Part shown: in pieces, positions 48,804-60,619 of the stretch
How the letters are laid out: each line of letters opens with the position of its first letter
Numbering within the stretch: position 1 is the stretch's first letter
Source of the DNA: Yuukianura sp. NJ FZ-2021
Taxonomy: Eukaryota
Direction of reading: 5' to 3'
NCBI GenBank assembly: GCA_046563655.1
Contig: CM102290.1
Span: forward strand, 2,232,001 to 2,296,000
DNA: 64,000 bases
Position numbers and translations under genes: made by a program
The notes under the pieces: generated by a model
Seen by the model: only the letters and a program-made list of their open reading frames with translations
The model's database searches: none
What the model was told of the DNA's origin: nothing

Positions 48804-50072
48804 GATGAAGTCTCTTCAATTGGTTATCAGTACCCGTATTCAGTCACTTTCGACGTAATTCTGTTAATGAGTCATAAAAGAGAAAGTTGGTAGTAAAATC
48901 ACATACAATCCTCAGTAACTGATTCAATGCATAATAAAATGGAACAGTATTTTAATGAATACTTACTTTCAAAAAGGGTAAAACTTATTGTTGCAAATGA
49001 GGTCACTCCCCAAAGCAATCCACAATGGCTCGCCCAATTACTTGATTTAAGTTCACTTCTGAGTCCGATTTCTGTAGATTAAGTTTCGATTAGCAGAGAA
49101 GATAAACGTAACGGATGGTTAATCCGTCAAATAGAAACTAAACACACTGTATTAAGTTAAACTGTCTTACTTTTTCACATTGCTCTAATGAACATATGAG
49201 GAGAATAGAAAAATGTTCGGAATGCAAAAATATGTTAAGGTTCAAATGTCGGCAGGATAACACAAGTCACATGATCACATGCAACAAGACAACTCAATAC
49301 GTATTATATCAAAAGTAATCTATCAATAAACCTTAATGCAACTTGAAAAAAGTAAAAAACGAAGGCCGACTAGAAATTAATTACCTTCAAAATTAACTAA
49401 CCTTTACATCTTACTTAACCGTTTTGGCTATAAATACAATACTAATAATTGTCACTCAAACTAATCGTAAGTATAGATCAAGTATAAACAGAGGATAAGA
49501 TAAAAATATTTGAAAAACATGTTACAAAAGTTAACAGTAAGTTTAAAAAAGTTATAAATTAGCAAAACATGAACCTCTAATTGTATTAAATAATTCAAGA
49601 TTTATATTGATTTATAGTAAACATAAGATTGGTTCTAACACAATGACCGGAATTTGCCGACTTCTGTGCCGATATAGGGAAACAAGCAGTTCGGGGACCT
49701 GTCTTTATCACGTCTAGTATGCTCGAAAGTTATCACAACTTTTGTCATGCCACGTTGACGCTCTCAGAAAATACTCTTGACTCATCGTAAACAATTAACG
49801 CGATTATTTCAATTACTCCATAGTCCAAACCTCACACTTAAGTTTTTGATAAACATGACCTCTCCACCCGCAAACCTAATGCAACGGATTGGAGCAGGGG
49901 CTGTACACTAAAATATGTCCTTCTAAACTAACTTGTACAAACGTACCACTCCCTGTTTGGGGTTTTGTTTTGTTTTTTATTAAGTTTTTTTTTAAGATTT
50001 TGTTTCACTAGATTATTTCACTAATTTCACTAAACACTTAATTATGAGGCAATTCTACACACTATAATTCAT

Positions 50073-53000
50073 CTATTGCTCAAAGTAATTACGTTGATTT
50101 AGTAATGGATTAGGTCCATGTGGATAGCCTACACCGACAACAGGCACCCCCACGAACGGATAAAGGTGATGCTGGTGTGGACCATGACTCCCTCCATTTT
50201 GAGTGTATCCATGAGGACTTCCAGGGATAATTTGGCTACAAGTGTCAAGTAATTTAGACATTAGTCACTTTCTTGACTGCAAGTTGAGATTTATGACTTC
50301 AAGGTAAGTGAAACTGCTTACTTTTGACCACTGACGTTAACAGTGGCCTGAGTTGGGCCATGTCCACCAGCCGCCGCCCCTCCATGAATATATTGCAGTG
50401 GTATGTGGATTGGGTTTCCCTCTCCGCCAACATCCGAATTGTACATTTGGACTAAGCCGGGTGCATGAATACGAACCTGCAAAACGACGAAACGTAAATA
50501 CATAGACGTTCAATTGAAGACAGATCGCTGAAGATACTTTGTACTCAGGATTCTTCACCTGTTGGGCATATCCATGAGGAATGCTATACGCTGCGTAGTG
50601 ATGATTATTTGGTCCATTACTTTGAAGTGAACCTTGAGCCAGTAAAGGCCCTGCTGCCTGGACAGGTATGGCTGGAGACAAGTCAGCACGCTGCGACACT
50701 CCCATACCTGAACATACAACTACCGTTAGTCCAATCCCATTTATAAGCTTGAATATTATGATAATTATTATTATAAGTTCAATTGGTAACTGGAAATACT
50801 TGCCCTTCCTATTATTATGTGGGTTCATATGCCTATGTGGTTGTAAGTTGGTTGCTGAGATGTTTGAATTGGCCACGGGACTGATCGCTTGAGAATATTG
50901 CGGAGCTAGATAAATAGCTGTAGGTGGCATAATATACGACGGATGTCCCTGAGCCATTGCTGGGATTAGCTGTGGAGTACTAGCAGGAGTACTTGGGGGT
51001 CTTGGCGGTGTAGCCGGTGATCTCTGCAAACAAAACAAAGGGTCAGTCCATTTCAAAAAATGTAAACCAATGAAACAACCAGAAGGAACCACTCCTTACG
51101 GGTGTAAAGCTTTTCGTTGTAGGATTGAATTCTTTTGCGTTGACATTAAACGTAAATGGTTTTCTGGAGTCTGGTGAGTCAATAGATTTAGCGTCGCTCG
51201 TATTACTTCGTGACTCTGATGGAGCAGGGGATGAAGTAATCCGAGGACTCTGTTTTTCATCTGAAGAGATGTCAGTAACGGCTTCAGTCGGAGATTCACT
51301 AGGTTTTCGGCTGGTTACTGTTGGTGGTGGTTCTGGCACTGCAGTCGTTGCTGGTGCTTGTTGATGCTGTGGGCGCTGGTTCTGTAGTGGTCCTTTCTCA
51401 ACCTTGTCTACTTTTGGAGCGGCGCTGGTTAAAGCAGCGTTTGGTGCAACTCCTTTGTCTTTGTCCATCTTTTGACTATTCCGAGTGTTGGATGACGACA
51501 ATGCAGATGATGGGGGTGGGTTGGATCCATTTTGGGCTTGTGAAACAATCGTTCGCTGCTGCGTGTTAGAACTAGTTTGAATCGGAGTGGGCTGCGGAGG
51601 GCCAGTGTTGACGAGGGGAGGCGGAGGGCGTCGAGTTTGGACATTGTCGGCAGTTGCCAATGCAAACGTATTAGAGAATTCCATCAGTTCTTTTTTCGCA
51701 GGATCCTCTCGGCCGGGACCCGGTCCTATAAATACGACCAAAGTAATTAAAAACCGTTAAAAGCTGTGATATTTTCTCCTAATAAAATGCTGACACCCCG
51801 AGTTAATAAATAACAACTTTAGCTACTCTTGCGTCCATAAACTTCAAATAAACATTTATTTAAGTAGCACAAGACAACATGCACTCACTAAAAACACCAA
51901 GTTCATAATGAAGCAAGCCGTTTTCCGTTTTAGTAAAACTCGTTAAAGCATAAATTCGTTATAAAAAAAACAACAGTCATATGGATTTCAGCTTGCCACA
52001 TTTCAAAAGTTCCAAAGTATTAAAACTTCCTAATTACCTCGACGATCCATTGGACCTTTGCCGCCTCGTGTAGGACGATTGCCGCCATCCCTGTCTCGGT
52101 CTCTGTCTCCATGATTGGAAGCTCCACCATACTGATTTTGCATTTGAGGTCCACGACGATCGTAGTTATTGCGTCGCGCATCCTGTTGGTAGTAAGAATT
52201 GGTCGAAGGAGTGAATGTTCGCTGACCACCGTAGTTTGGTTTTCGAGTGTTCCCTCCTCCTCCTCCAACGGGTCCCTGCTGCTGTAGATGATGATTTTGT
52301 GCCTGTGGTGGGGCGGACGTAGAAGTGAATGTATTGACCGGAGGAGTAATTGGAGGAGGCTGAGCATTTGGTGGAGGTTGGTTCTGATTTTGATTCCGTT
52401 TTGACGGCGGAACGTATTTATCGGTCCGACTGTAAGAAATCAAAAATCATCAAAACTTCAAACGTATGTCAAAGGTATTGCATCATGCATTGTAGTTACA
52501 GTAGTTCTAGAAATGTACCTGATTTCGGTTGTGCTGCTAGTGACCCTGTTGTTGTTATTATTGTTGTTGAGGTTTGAATAGTTTGAAGAGTCATTATTGA
52601 ACACTACTGAATCTCTGGTATCTCGCACAACAGCTGAGAACTTGGCTTCTTCGTCATCGCCGTTCTCGACATTGCTGCGCTCAGTTGATGAAGTATTCTT
52701 TTCAATCTCTTCTGCAATTTGAAGGGCTTTTTCCTCGTGCTTTTTGAATGTTTCCTTGTCAGATTTGTCGAGGCTCGTGGTGTACCCAGACAATTGTTGA
52801 TCGTAAGATGATACAACGCCATACTTTTCCTCATTCTTCTTGAACATTTCACCGGGCGCCCATCCGTTCTAAAAATTAAAACATTATGTTTTACTTGATA
52901 TTCTCTTAGTCTAACCTCCATATGCTTAAACTTTTAACCTTTTAGCCAAACGTGACTTACCCTTCCACTCCCGCCGTCCACTTCTCCAAGATCGAGGTCA

Positions 53001-53960
53001 TCAGTGGGATCAGCATCTCCGTCATCCCATGGAGTCAGCTCCTTGTCCACACTAATAGGAACTCTGCCAGAACTAATCGCTGAATCCGTTTGAAAATCTC
53101 TCGTAGCGTAGTTCAACATCGCGTTCTCAAATTTCATAGCCATCAGCTAAAAAAGAAATATGAATCAGGCTAAAATATAAAATAATCGTGTATGGATATG
53201 TCGAGAGTCAAAGCCAACCAGCACTGGTGACACCGAAACCTACAATAATAGTAGAGAACTATGTGTAGAAAAGACGAGCCGAATACTGTTCGTGTTCATA
53301 CTAAATACTCATTGGACTTGCTTTCATATTCAAATTGAACCCTTAAGTTATTAATATCAAAGCGACTGCGAGGAGGACGGGACACGGGCAGATTAAGTCT
53401 TCTTGGGATTATGTTTCTTTCTTTGTCATTCGCTTTTGCGGATGCATGGGGACTAAGGAGACCATGGCGATACAGATTTTGACTTTTAAAAAGGACTTTG
53501 TAAACATAGACTTCCATTTAAACTGTAAGGCAAATTTTTATGACACATAAATTCATGCTTCATACCTTATCAGACGGGATGATCAGAACATCGTAGTGGG
53601 TTGAAATGGCTGAATCGTCGTTGTCACTTGGTATCAAATGCGCCGCCTCTAGCATAATTTCTTGACTTGATGAGTAGGCCACAAAGATTCCTTCGTACTT
53701 TTCACCGCTCCGTGTGGTTACTTCCGCTGGACAACCGATCAATACTGTCATGTTGTATGAAAAGTGGGTGTCTTGACCCTTATCCACGACTTTCCGCAAA
53801 TCTGACCTTTTAAATGTACAATACAAAGCAATTATAGCATGACAGAGTAATAACATTTGTAATCCAATTGTCAGTAAATCAATAATTCATCTTACTTGTG
53901 AGTTGCACAAGCATTAGCCGGAGGACGATTGCCCTTCCCTTTCAACTGTGTCGACTTCAT
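50073..53960 (-). CDS. Atx2: Ataxin-2 homolog (LSm/SM-ATX, LsmAD, PAM2), about 10 exons
   Basis: LSm-like LIGCPAEVTTRSGEKYEGIF; DFQTDSAIS...KELTPWD; LsmAD MFKKNEEKYGVVSSYD...DEEAKFSAVVR; DKYVPPSKR; PAM2-like FNVNAKEFNP; Pro/Gln/His-rich C-terminus. Splice phases checked at the terminal junctions are consistent. Confidence 0.88.
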
Positions 53961-54830
53961 CGTCTTCCTGGAAGTTTAACATTTAACTAGATAATCCTTT
54001 GACATTCAAAGTTTGACCGACACAATTGTAGAACATTTGTTATATCCTTACCGAGAACGTTGAACAATGGTCCTTTCCCTTGACCCTTTGTGTCTCTTGG
54101 ACAAAAGGAACAGTTCACCCTTATATATTGTAATGTCCGAGGTACTTCCGGAAATATGGACTAAAAAAACGGGGATTGTTACTGCAAATGGTTGATTAGC
54201 GCTTGATTGCTGAAGAAAAACAATTGAATTTGGTGAGTTACTTGAGTGAGAGTGAAGACTTTGTTTTAAAGTCTCGTGTACCGTGTAGAAAAATCAATAG
54301 AGATAGGGAGTGTAAAAGGAGAAGTTAGAATGCAATTTATGGAAGGAGGAGGAAGGAGGGCCGAAGTGGAGGAACTCTCTCCTCTCCTTCGCAGTTCTAG
54401 TAGTACACACTCCGCTCTTTACTCCTGCCACTTCCTCATTCCGTTTTAATCGCCACACTATTAGTCGATTATTACCACCACACAGAGGTAGAATACAAAC
54501 TGAAATACTATTGCGTACTATAATATTATTCAATATTGTATTATTCAATTATTCTATTATTATTTTTCAATAGTTTTTTTCTCGGTACATTGTCAATTAC
54601 TGGCAATACACCGGCTGCTTTAAATTGAAACATCCAATTCAGTTTTCAGTGTTAGTAGATATCCACTTTTTCGACATTTCATCCACGGCTGGATATCCAG
54701 TGGAAGAAATGGACGAACTAGATGAATCCAAAGGGGCGGAGCTTTGCCCCCCGAATTTGAATTAATTGACTACAAAAAACTGAAAAACATGAAAACACAG
54801 TGCAAAAACTATGTAAATATCGTTTTTGAA

Positions 54831-55834
54831 CAGGGTTCGAAGGCTGTAACTTACGTCATGTAACTTACGTAACTTACGTCCGTAAGTTACGTAATTTTCA
54901 GAGGGGTTGTAATTTTCGAAATTTTCATTCTTTTGAATTTTACGCGGGAGGGAGACAGCGTAGGAGTCAGGGGAGCGGGAGAAGTCCAAAATAACAAAAG
55001 AGCAGTGATTTAGATGATTATTTTTTCGGTTTTTTCTCGAGCAGACTGCTCGAGAAATACCAGGATATTCTTCGAGCAGTCTGCTCGAGAAATACCGGGA
55101 TATTCTTCGAGCAGTCTGCTCGGGAAATACCAGGATAATTCTCGAGCAGTCTGCTCGAGAAATACCAGGATATTTTTCGAGCAGTCTGCTCGAGAAATAC
55201 CAGGATATTCTTCGAGTAGTCTGCTCGAGGAATACCAGGATATTTTTCGAGCAGTCTGCTCGAGAAATACCAGGATATTCTTCGAGCAGTCTGCTCGAGG
55301 AATACCAGGATATTCTTCGAGCAGTCTGCTCGAGAAATACCAGGATAATTCTCGAGCAGTCTGCTCGAGAAATACCAGGATATTCTTCGAGCAGTCTGCT
55401 CGAGAAATACCAGGATATTCTTCGAGCAGTCTGCTCGAGAAATACCAGGATATTCTTCGAGCAGTCTGCTCGAGAAATACCAGGATATTCTTCGAGCAGT
55501 CTGCTCGAGAAATACCAGGATATTCTTCGAGCAGTCTGCTCGAGAAATACCAGGATATCTCTCGAACTATTTGTGTTAATTGCGTTAAGTGTGTTAGTTT
55601 AGTCTTAAAAATAAAATAGTAGTAAATATTGTCTACCGCAGTATATTTCTATCAGGCCTTGGTTTGATTTTTAACGCAATTAGATAGTAGATATTAATAG
55701 TTTATGGTTTGGGGATGGGAGTGGGGTGCAGGCGGCTTGTTTTGAAAATTACAATCTTACGTAGATTACGTAAGTTACGATAATTACGTAAGTTACGTAG
55801 TTTTCGGCAAAAATACCGTAATTTTCGAACCCTG
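54831..55834. mobile_element. Non-autonomous hAT-like DNA transposon (about 1.0 kb)
   Basis: TIR cagggttcgaa / ttcgaaccctg; perfect 8-bp TSD tttttgaa at 54823-54830 and 55835-55842; subterminal ttacgtaa-type motif clusters at both ends; no transposase. Confidence 0.88.
55035..55565. repeat. 35-bp palindromic minisatellite, about 15 copies
   Basis: Unit ctcgagaaataccaggatattcttcgagcagtctg; the dyad tcgagcag-t-ctgctcga spans each unit junction. Confidence 0.95.
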
Positions 55835-57245
55835 TTTTTGAATACGTTTTAAATAATATTTTAACTATAATGGCGAAAGTAAAGCTTTCTGATTTCATTT
55901 CGTAAATTTAAATTTGAATTGATTTGAATTTCGCGCAAAATTTGTGATTTCTTCCACCCACTTTTAGTTTCGTCCATTTGGGGCGCGTTTCTTCCAGTGG
56001 ATATCCACTGGTAGTGGCAATTAAGCCACTGGACGTTTAAGCGTCCACCAACACTGAGTTTAATTCAAATTGAGCTAACTGACATGAGTTTGAATTTTAT
56101 AAATTAAATACAGTTATACCCTAAGAGTAAATAGAAACCGTTATGTACAAAGCGGTTTTTAAATTAAAACCAAAATGTGAAAGGGAAGTGCGTTTGGAAT
56201 AGTGGAATTGACAAGTATGACAATATTGTATGTAGTATATCTTTGTTATAATTAATTGTTATAACTTATTACACTCGGTGATCAATCACTTCACCGGCAT
56301 ATAATAACATAGTAAGTATTTATCCTGAACGAGTTATTTATCTTCAAAAGGTTGATTAGTATTCTTGAAAAAATTTATTTTAGACTTTAATCGAGTAATA
56401 TCGATATAAACGAATACATTCCATAGAGTGCAGCAGAGGTAGTATGTTTCGCCCGCCATTTATGATTGTTTCTTCCTTCCGTACTTGATAAGGGATGCAC
56501 GCGTAGACATTAGAACTTTTAGAAGAAGGACTTGGCGTATTACACTTAATCTTTGAATTCAGCGTGACGATGTAAATACTTTTCTAAACAACAGCGCGCT
56601 TTGCAAAACTAAATGTTGACGCCTATGTTAACAACCTAAATTTTAATGTGCGTTTTAAATGTAATATGTTTGAATTTTAAACCAGCCCCATTTACGATTT
56701 ACCGCATCGCATAGGCGATCGTGCATGCAAAAATTGACTCTAATCCAGTATGTAACTTAAAACTGGCACTCACTTCACAACGACTTCCATTTTTGAGCAC
56801 ATGATTGCTAACTGAATTTAAATACCGAAATGAAATTCAGAAGTGCTTACTTAATCAACCACTAAAACTCAATGCTAGTAGAAATCATGCAGCTAATAAC
56901 CTTCAGCAGGTCCGTTATGTGGTCACACTAACTTTTGAATTTATTTGGAACGACGGTGTTAAATATAAACAAAATTAGGATACTTTTAGGAACTAGATTA
57001 ACACAAGAACTGGTAGTGAATGCAAAAATAAAAAACAAATTAACGGTATCGTAAATCACAGTTAATAAACAATTGAGACAGTCGTGGCAGGCAAGTGAAG
57101 CACACATTGACACATTAATCACGTTAAATACCAAGCAGGAGTGACGTTATCGTGTGTCTAACAAAATGCTAATTACATTTCGTGGGCACTTAATACTAAG
57201 GTAGTAGGTCGCAGTTGGCAATTGAATTGCTACACAGAATCACTT

Positions 57246-59148
57246 TCACTCTGCTGCAGTTGACACTGCATTTTCTCCATGGTCTTCACTTCCGCCATTG
57301 TAGGAGTAGTCCGCCTTGTTGTGCATAATTAGTTTATTGTTGACAAAGTAGAACGAGTCAGACTTTGTTTCGAATGGTGAATTGATCATTTCCTTCACTA
57401 TAAGATAAAATACAAACAATTGAGTCAATCCACCTCAGTAAGTCACCCATTATCGTTCGTCTTTGCGTTATCTTATTACCGAGAGTGTCTGAAAGTGGAG
57501 GAAACTCGTAGATGTGTTCACAAGTATTCCGACTATGAGGAATACAAAATCCAAACTGAAAGTCAAAACTCTTCAGAAGTTGATCCCGGAAAAAGTGTCG
57601 CTCGATCATTCGAAAGTTTTCTACTGGTAAGGCTCCGACAGTAAATTCTACACTGGAATTAAAAAGAAAAATTATGATCATTACACTTAAATGAATGTTA
57701 CCAACATATCCATTTGGAAGTGGCTTACGTCGCCCCAATGACTTTCAGTTTTAAAAATTGCTCCGTAAATTGGTACCGTACAAATCGTCCTGTACAAGGG
57801 CAATCGATTGAACGTGGTTCCTCATGGTTATCTAGACAAAGGAAACAAAATCTATTGCACGATTCTGTCAAACAAAATAATTGGAATTCCCTATTACTGA
57901 ATTCAATAAAAACATATACCTGCCGCTTTGGCTATTTCGAACACAACTGTATTGGTTTCAAGATCCCGAATTTTGAATCGTGTGAAATCGATTTCATAAA
58001 TATTTGCCTCCGGTTTGCAAATATAATCTGTAAGGTCAAACAAAAAGAAAGAAGTTAGACTCATCCACATAAGTGTTTTGACTATGAAAGTCAAATAATA
58101 ATTAAATTAACTCAATTCAATTGACTTAAGTACGAAAGTATAAGTATTGACGAAACAACATAAAGCCACGCAAAATCGTAAGCGGAAGATGATATCGTAT
58201 TGAATCTATTGCATAACTATTTAGCTGTGGCCTTCCTTGGATACGCTTGGTTGCTCAGTCGTGCAAAACCTTCACAACCATGAAAGGCTTCATTGCCAAA
58301 TCGAAAATGAAAATGACATATTAATAGGATCTATTTCTCAAGTTGAAAACATGAAAAATAGCTAGACCTCTTCAAGGACGCTGCTAAAACAAATTTGAAA
58401 CTAGTACTTATCTAGGCTAGCGGAACTCCATGATCACCCTTGGGAAAAGACAAAGGACAGCGATGAAAAGCATTTGCGTGTTTGAAAATACAAGGTAAAG
58501 GAATCATTAATACTTGATGTGTTTACCACTCCTCCCAGCTCAACAACACAATTTAATTGTGTTGCTGACGCTGATCGACATCATCCATGTAATAGACGCT
58601 GGAGGAACAAACAAAAATGTCAAAATGTACAGTTACGAGCATTGTGTCCTAACATTCAGCTTGTTTTAGACAAATAATGTAAAGCAAACAGAGAAACAAA
58701 AAGCAAAATAATGAGGCAAAAATGGCTGAAAGCAGGTGGAAAAATTGTCCAGGATCGCTGCACATGGAAAAGTTTTTCCTATTTCCGTACTACTAGTGTC
58801 AGGTTGTGTTAAAGCCAAGCAAATATTTGTCAATTGTCGTCATTTGTCGTATACAACGACATATGACACTCGTTAGTAAAGTCGAACAATAGTTTTTTCA
58901 AAGAATGTTATTTTAAGGGTGTTTTCCCACCTTGCGTAGCTTTCCGAAGACGTAAGACATCCTCAGGCTCTATGAATTCCTTCTTTACCAAATCCTCCTC
59001 TAACAATAAACGAAATTCAGATCTTATTTTGAGTATAAGCAACTAAAATGTAAATGTAGCACGTTAGATCATTACCCGTTGTGTAGTTAGCGCTGATCCG
59101 TTTTGAATGTGGCAAATTTTCGCTAGAATGGCGAAGCGTAGAGGTCAT
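57246..59148 (-). CDS. unc-119: UNC-119 (PDE-delta/unc-119 family) lipidated-cargo carrier, 6 coding exons
   Basis: Approximate exons 59076-59148, 58931-58999, 57920-58028, 57729-57831, 57479-57652, 57246-57397. Motifs [73 protein letters not shown] and [21 protein letters not shown]. Confidence 0.95.
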
Positions 59149-60160
59149 TTTCTTGAAAACGAAAGTTCAATTCCTGGGTAACGTTTTGAATACGGCAAAA
59201 GCTGCAGGCGGAAATCGTTAAAAAAACGATTAAATTAAATCCTTCACTAAAATTATTCAATAAAAGCAAATACCTGTCAATACGCTTAGGCCAATCGATG
59301 ACTGAAACACCGTGCCGCTGAAGCTGCCAAGTTTAGAGTCTTATTGTGTGCCTCGTCGTCGTCGCCAAGAGCGACAGAAAGTGACCGACGAAGTGAGCTG
59401 AGCTGACTGACACTAATAAAGGTAGACGACAGTTTATCCTGATCCAACAAGCGGCACTTGCAATTGCACCCATTCACGTGGAGTTGTTATTCGCATCCGT
59501 CTGATACGGAGGACCTATTGTTGGGGACAAGGGCAAAATGTTAGTGTTACGAAATACCAACCACAAAAGAAAGAATTGATTGATGTTATGAGCTACTATG
59601 CTACAGTAGACATAAACCGAAGCCACCAGTGCAAGAACTGTTACGTACTAGCTTACCTTCATGCAATCTTCTACTACTGTACTGACGTTTGCCACCCTGC
59701 TGTCTGTATAGCCCATCCTAGCGTGTCGTCGGTCGCTTTCGTTGGCGCAAAGCTTCTTCGTATATATTGATTGTTATGTTACGTTTCGTTTCTGGTCGGA
59801 TTTCTTGTTCTTCTGGAGCTACACAAGAGACATGAATGACATAGTGACTAACTATAAAACCGAGTATCATCTTCGTCATCGTCACCACGGAAGACCCGAC
59901 GGTTGGTTGTTCTTAAAAAAATGAAAAACTTCGAAAACTCTGCTCGTTGCCCACATAAACCTGCTGAGCTGATTACAACTTTTACATTCATGCCGTTTCA
60001 ATACAGTAATCCAGATTAGAATTAAACAAGCTTTGCTGCGCAAAGCTTGCTGGGGCTCCGCCCCAGAACCGTTCAAACGTCCTGGGCACAATTTAAGCAG
60101 CGTTGGCTTTTCCCAGGTAATTTGATGATTTGTGGATTATCGGGGAGCTGGCCAATAATA

Positions 60161-60388
60161 CTGAATTCTAAAATGTTAGATGATGTCTCTGGTGTTAAAT
60201 CACACTGAATTCTAAAATTTTAGCTGATGTCTCTGGTGTTAAATCAAAATCACACTGAATTCTAAAATTTTAGCGGATGTCTCTGGGTGTTAAATCACAC
60301 TGAATTCTAAAATTTTAGCTGATGCCTCTGGTGTTAAATCACACTGAATTCACCAATTTTCGCTGATGTCTGGTGTTAAATCACACTG
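60161..60388. repeat. 44-bp minisatellite, about 5 diverged copies
   Basis: Unit cacactgaattctaaaattttagctgatgtctctggtgttaaat repeated with small indels. Confidence 0.9.
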
Positions 60389-60619
60389 CAATCTGTTCCT
60401 GATCCTGATACGATGTGTCTAGCATACAGATAAAAAGTCTGAGGCAAAATTAGCAAAAGGTATTTTTAGTGTTTTTGGCATTATATGCTTGGGAAATCGG
60501 TCAACTATGCAATTCCGGAATGGCAACTTCTCATTAGTAGGTAGGTAGTAGACTTAATTCGCCAAATTGATCAAACCACGAAAAACACACATCTACATTT
60601 CATCAGTAATAGATATAGA

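Larger units (their letters stand above)
54647..56056. mobile_element. Older inverted-repeat (MITE-like) element interrupted by a nested insertion
   Basis: Termini cagtgttagtaga and tccaccaacactg are imperfect TIRs. Subterminal motifs ggatatcca(g/c)tggaagaaa and aaatggacgaa are inverted at the two ends. The flanks agtttt and agttta match only partly. Confidence 0.6.

Noticed and set aside
50073..53960. Absence of a polyQ tract in ataxin-2 as a novelty
   Set aside because: Long polyQ tracts are not a universal feature of the family; the core LSm, LsmAD and PAM2 elements are present.
55035..55565. CRISPR-like array (palindromic repeats with a period of about 35 nt)
   Set aside because: The intervening sequences are near-identical rather than unique spacers, there are no cas genes, and the context is eukaryotic. 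It is a minisatellite inside a transposon.
55014..55619. 201-aa repeat protein gene
   Set aside because: It is a translation of a 35-bp non-triplet minisatellite within a non-autonomous element, with no supporting gene structure.
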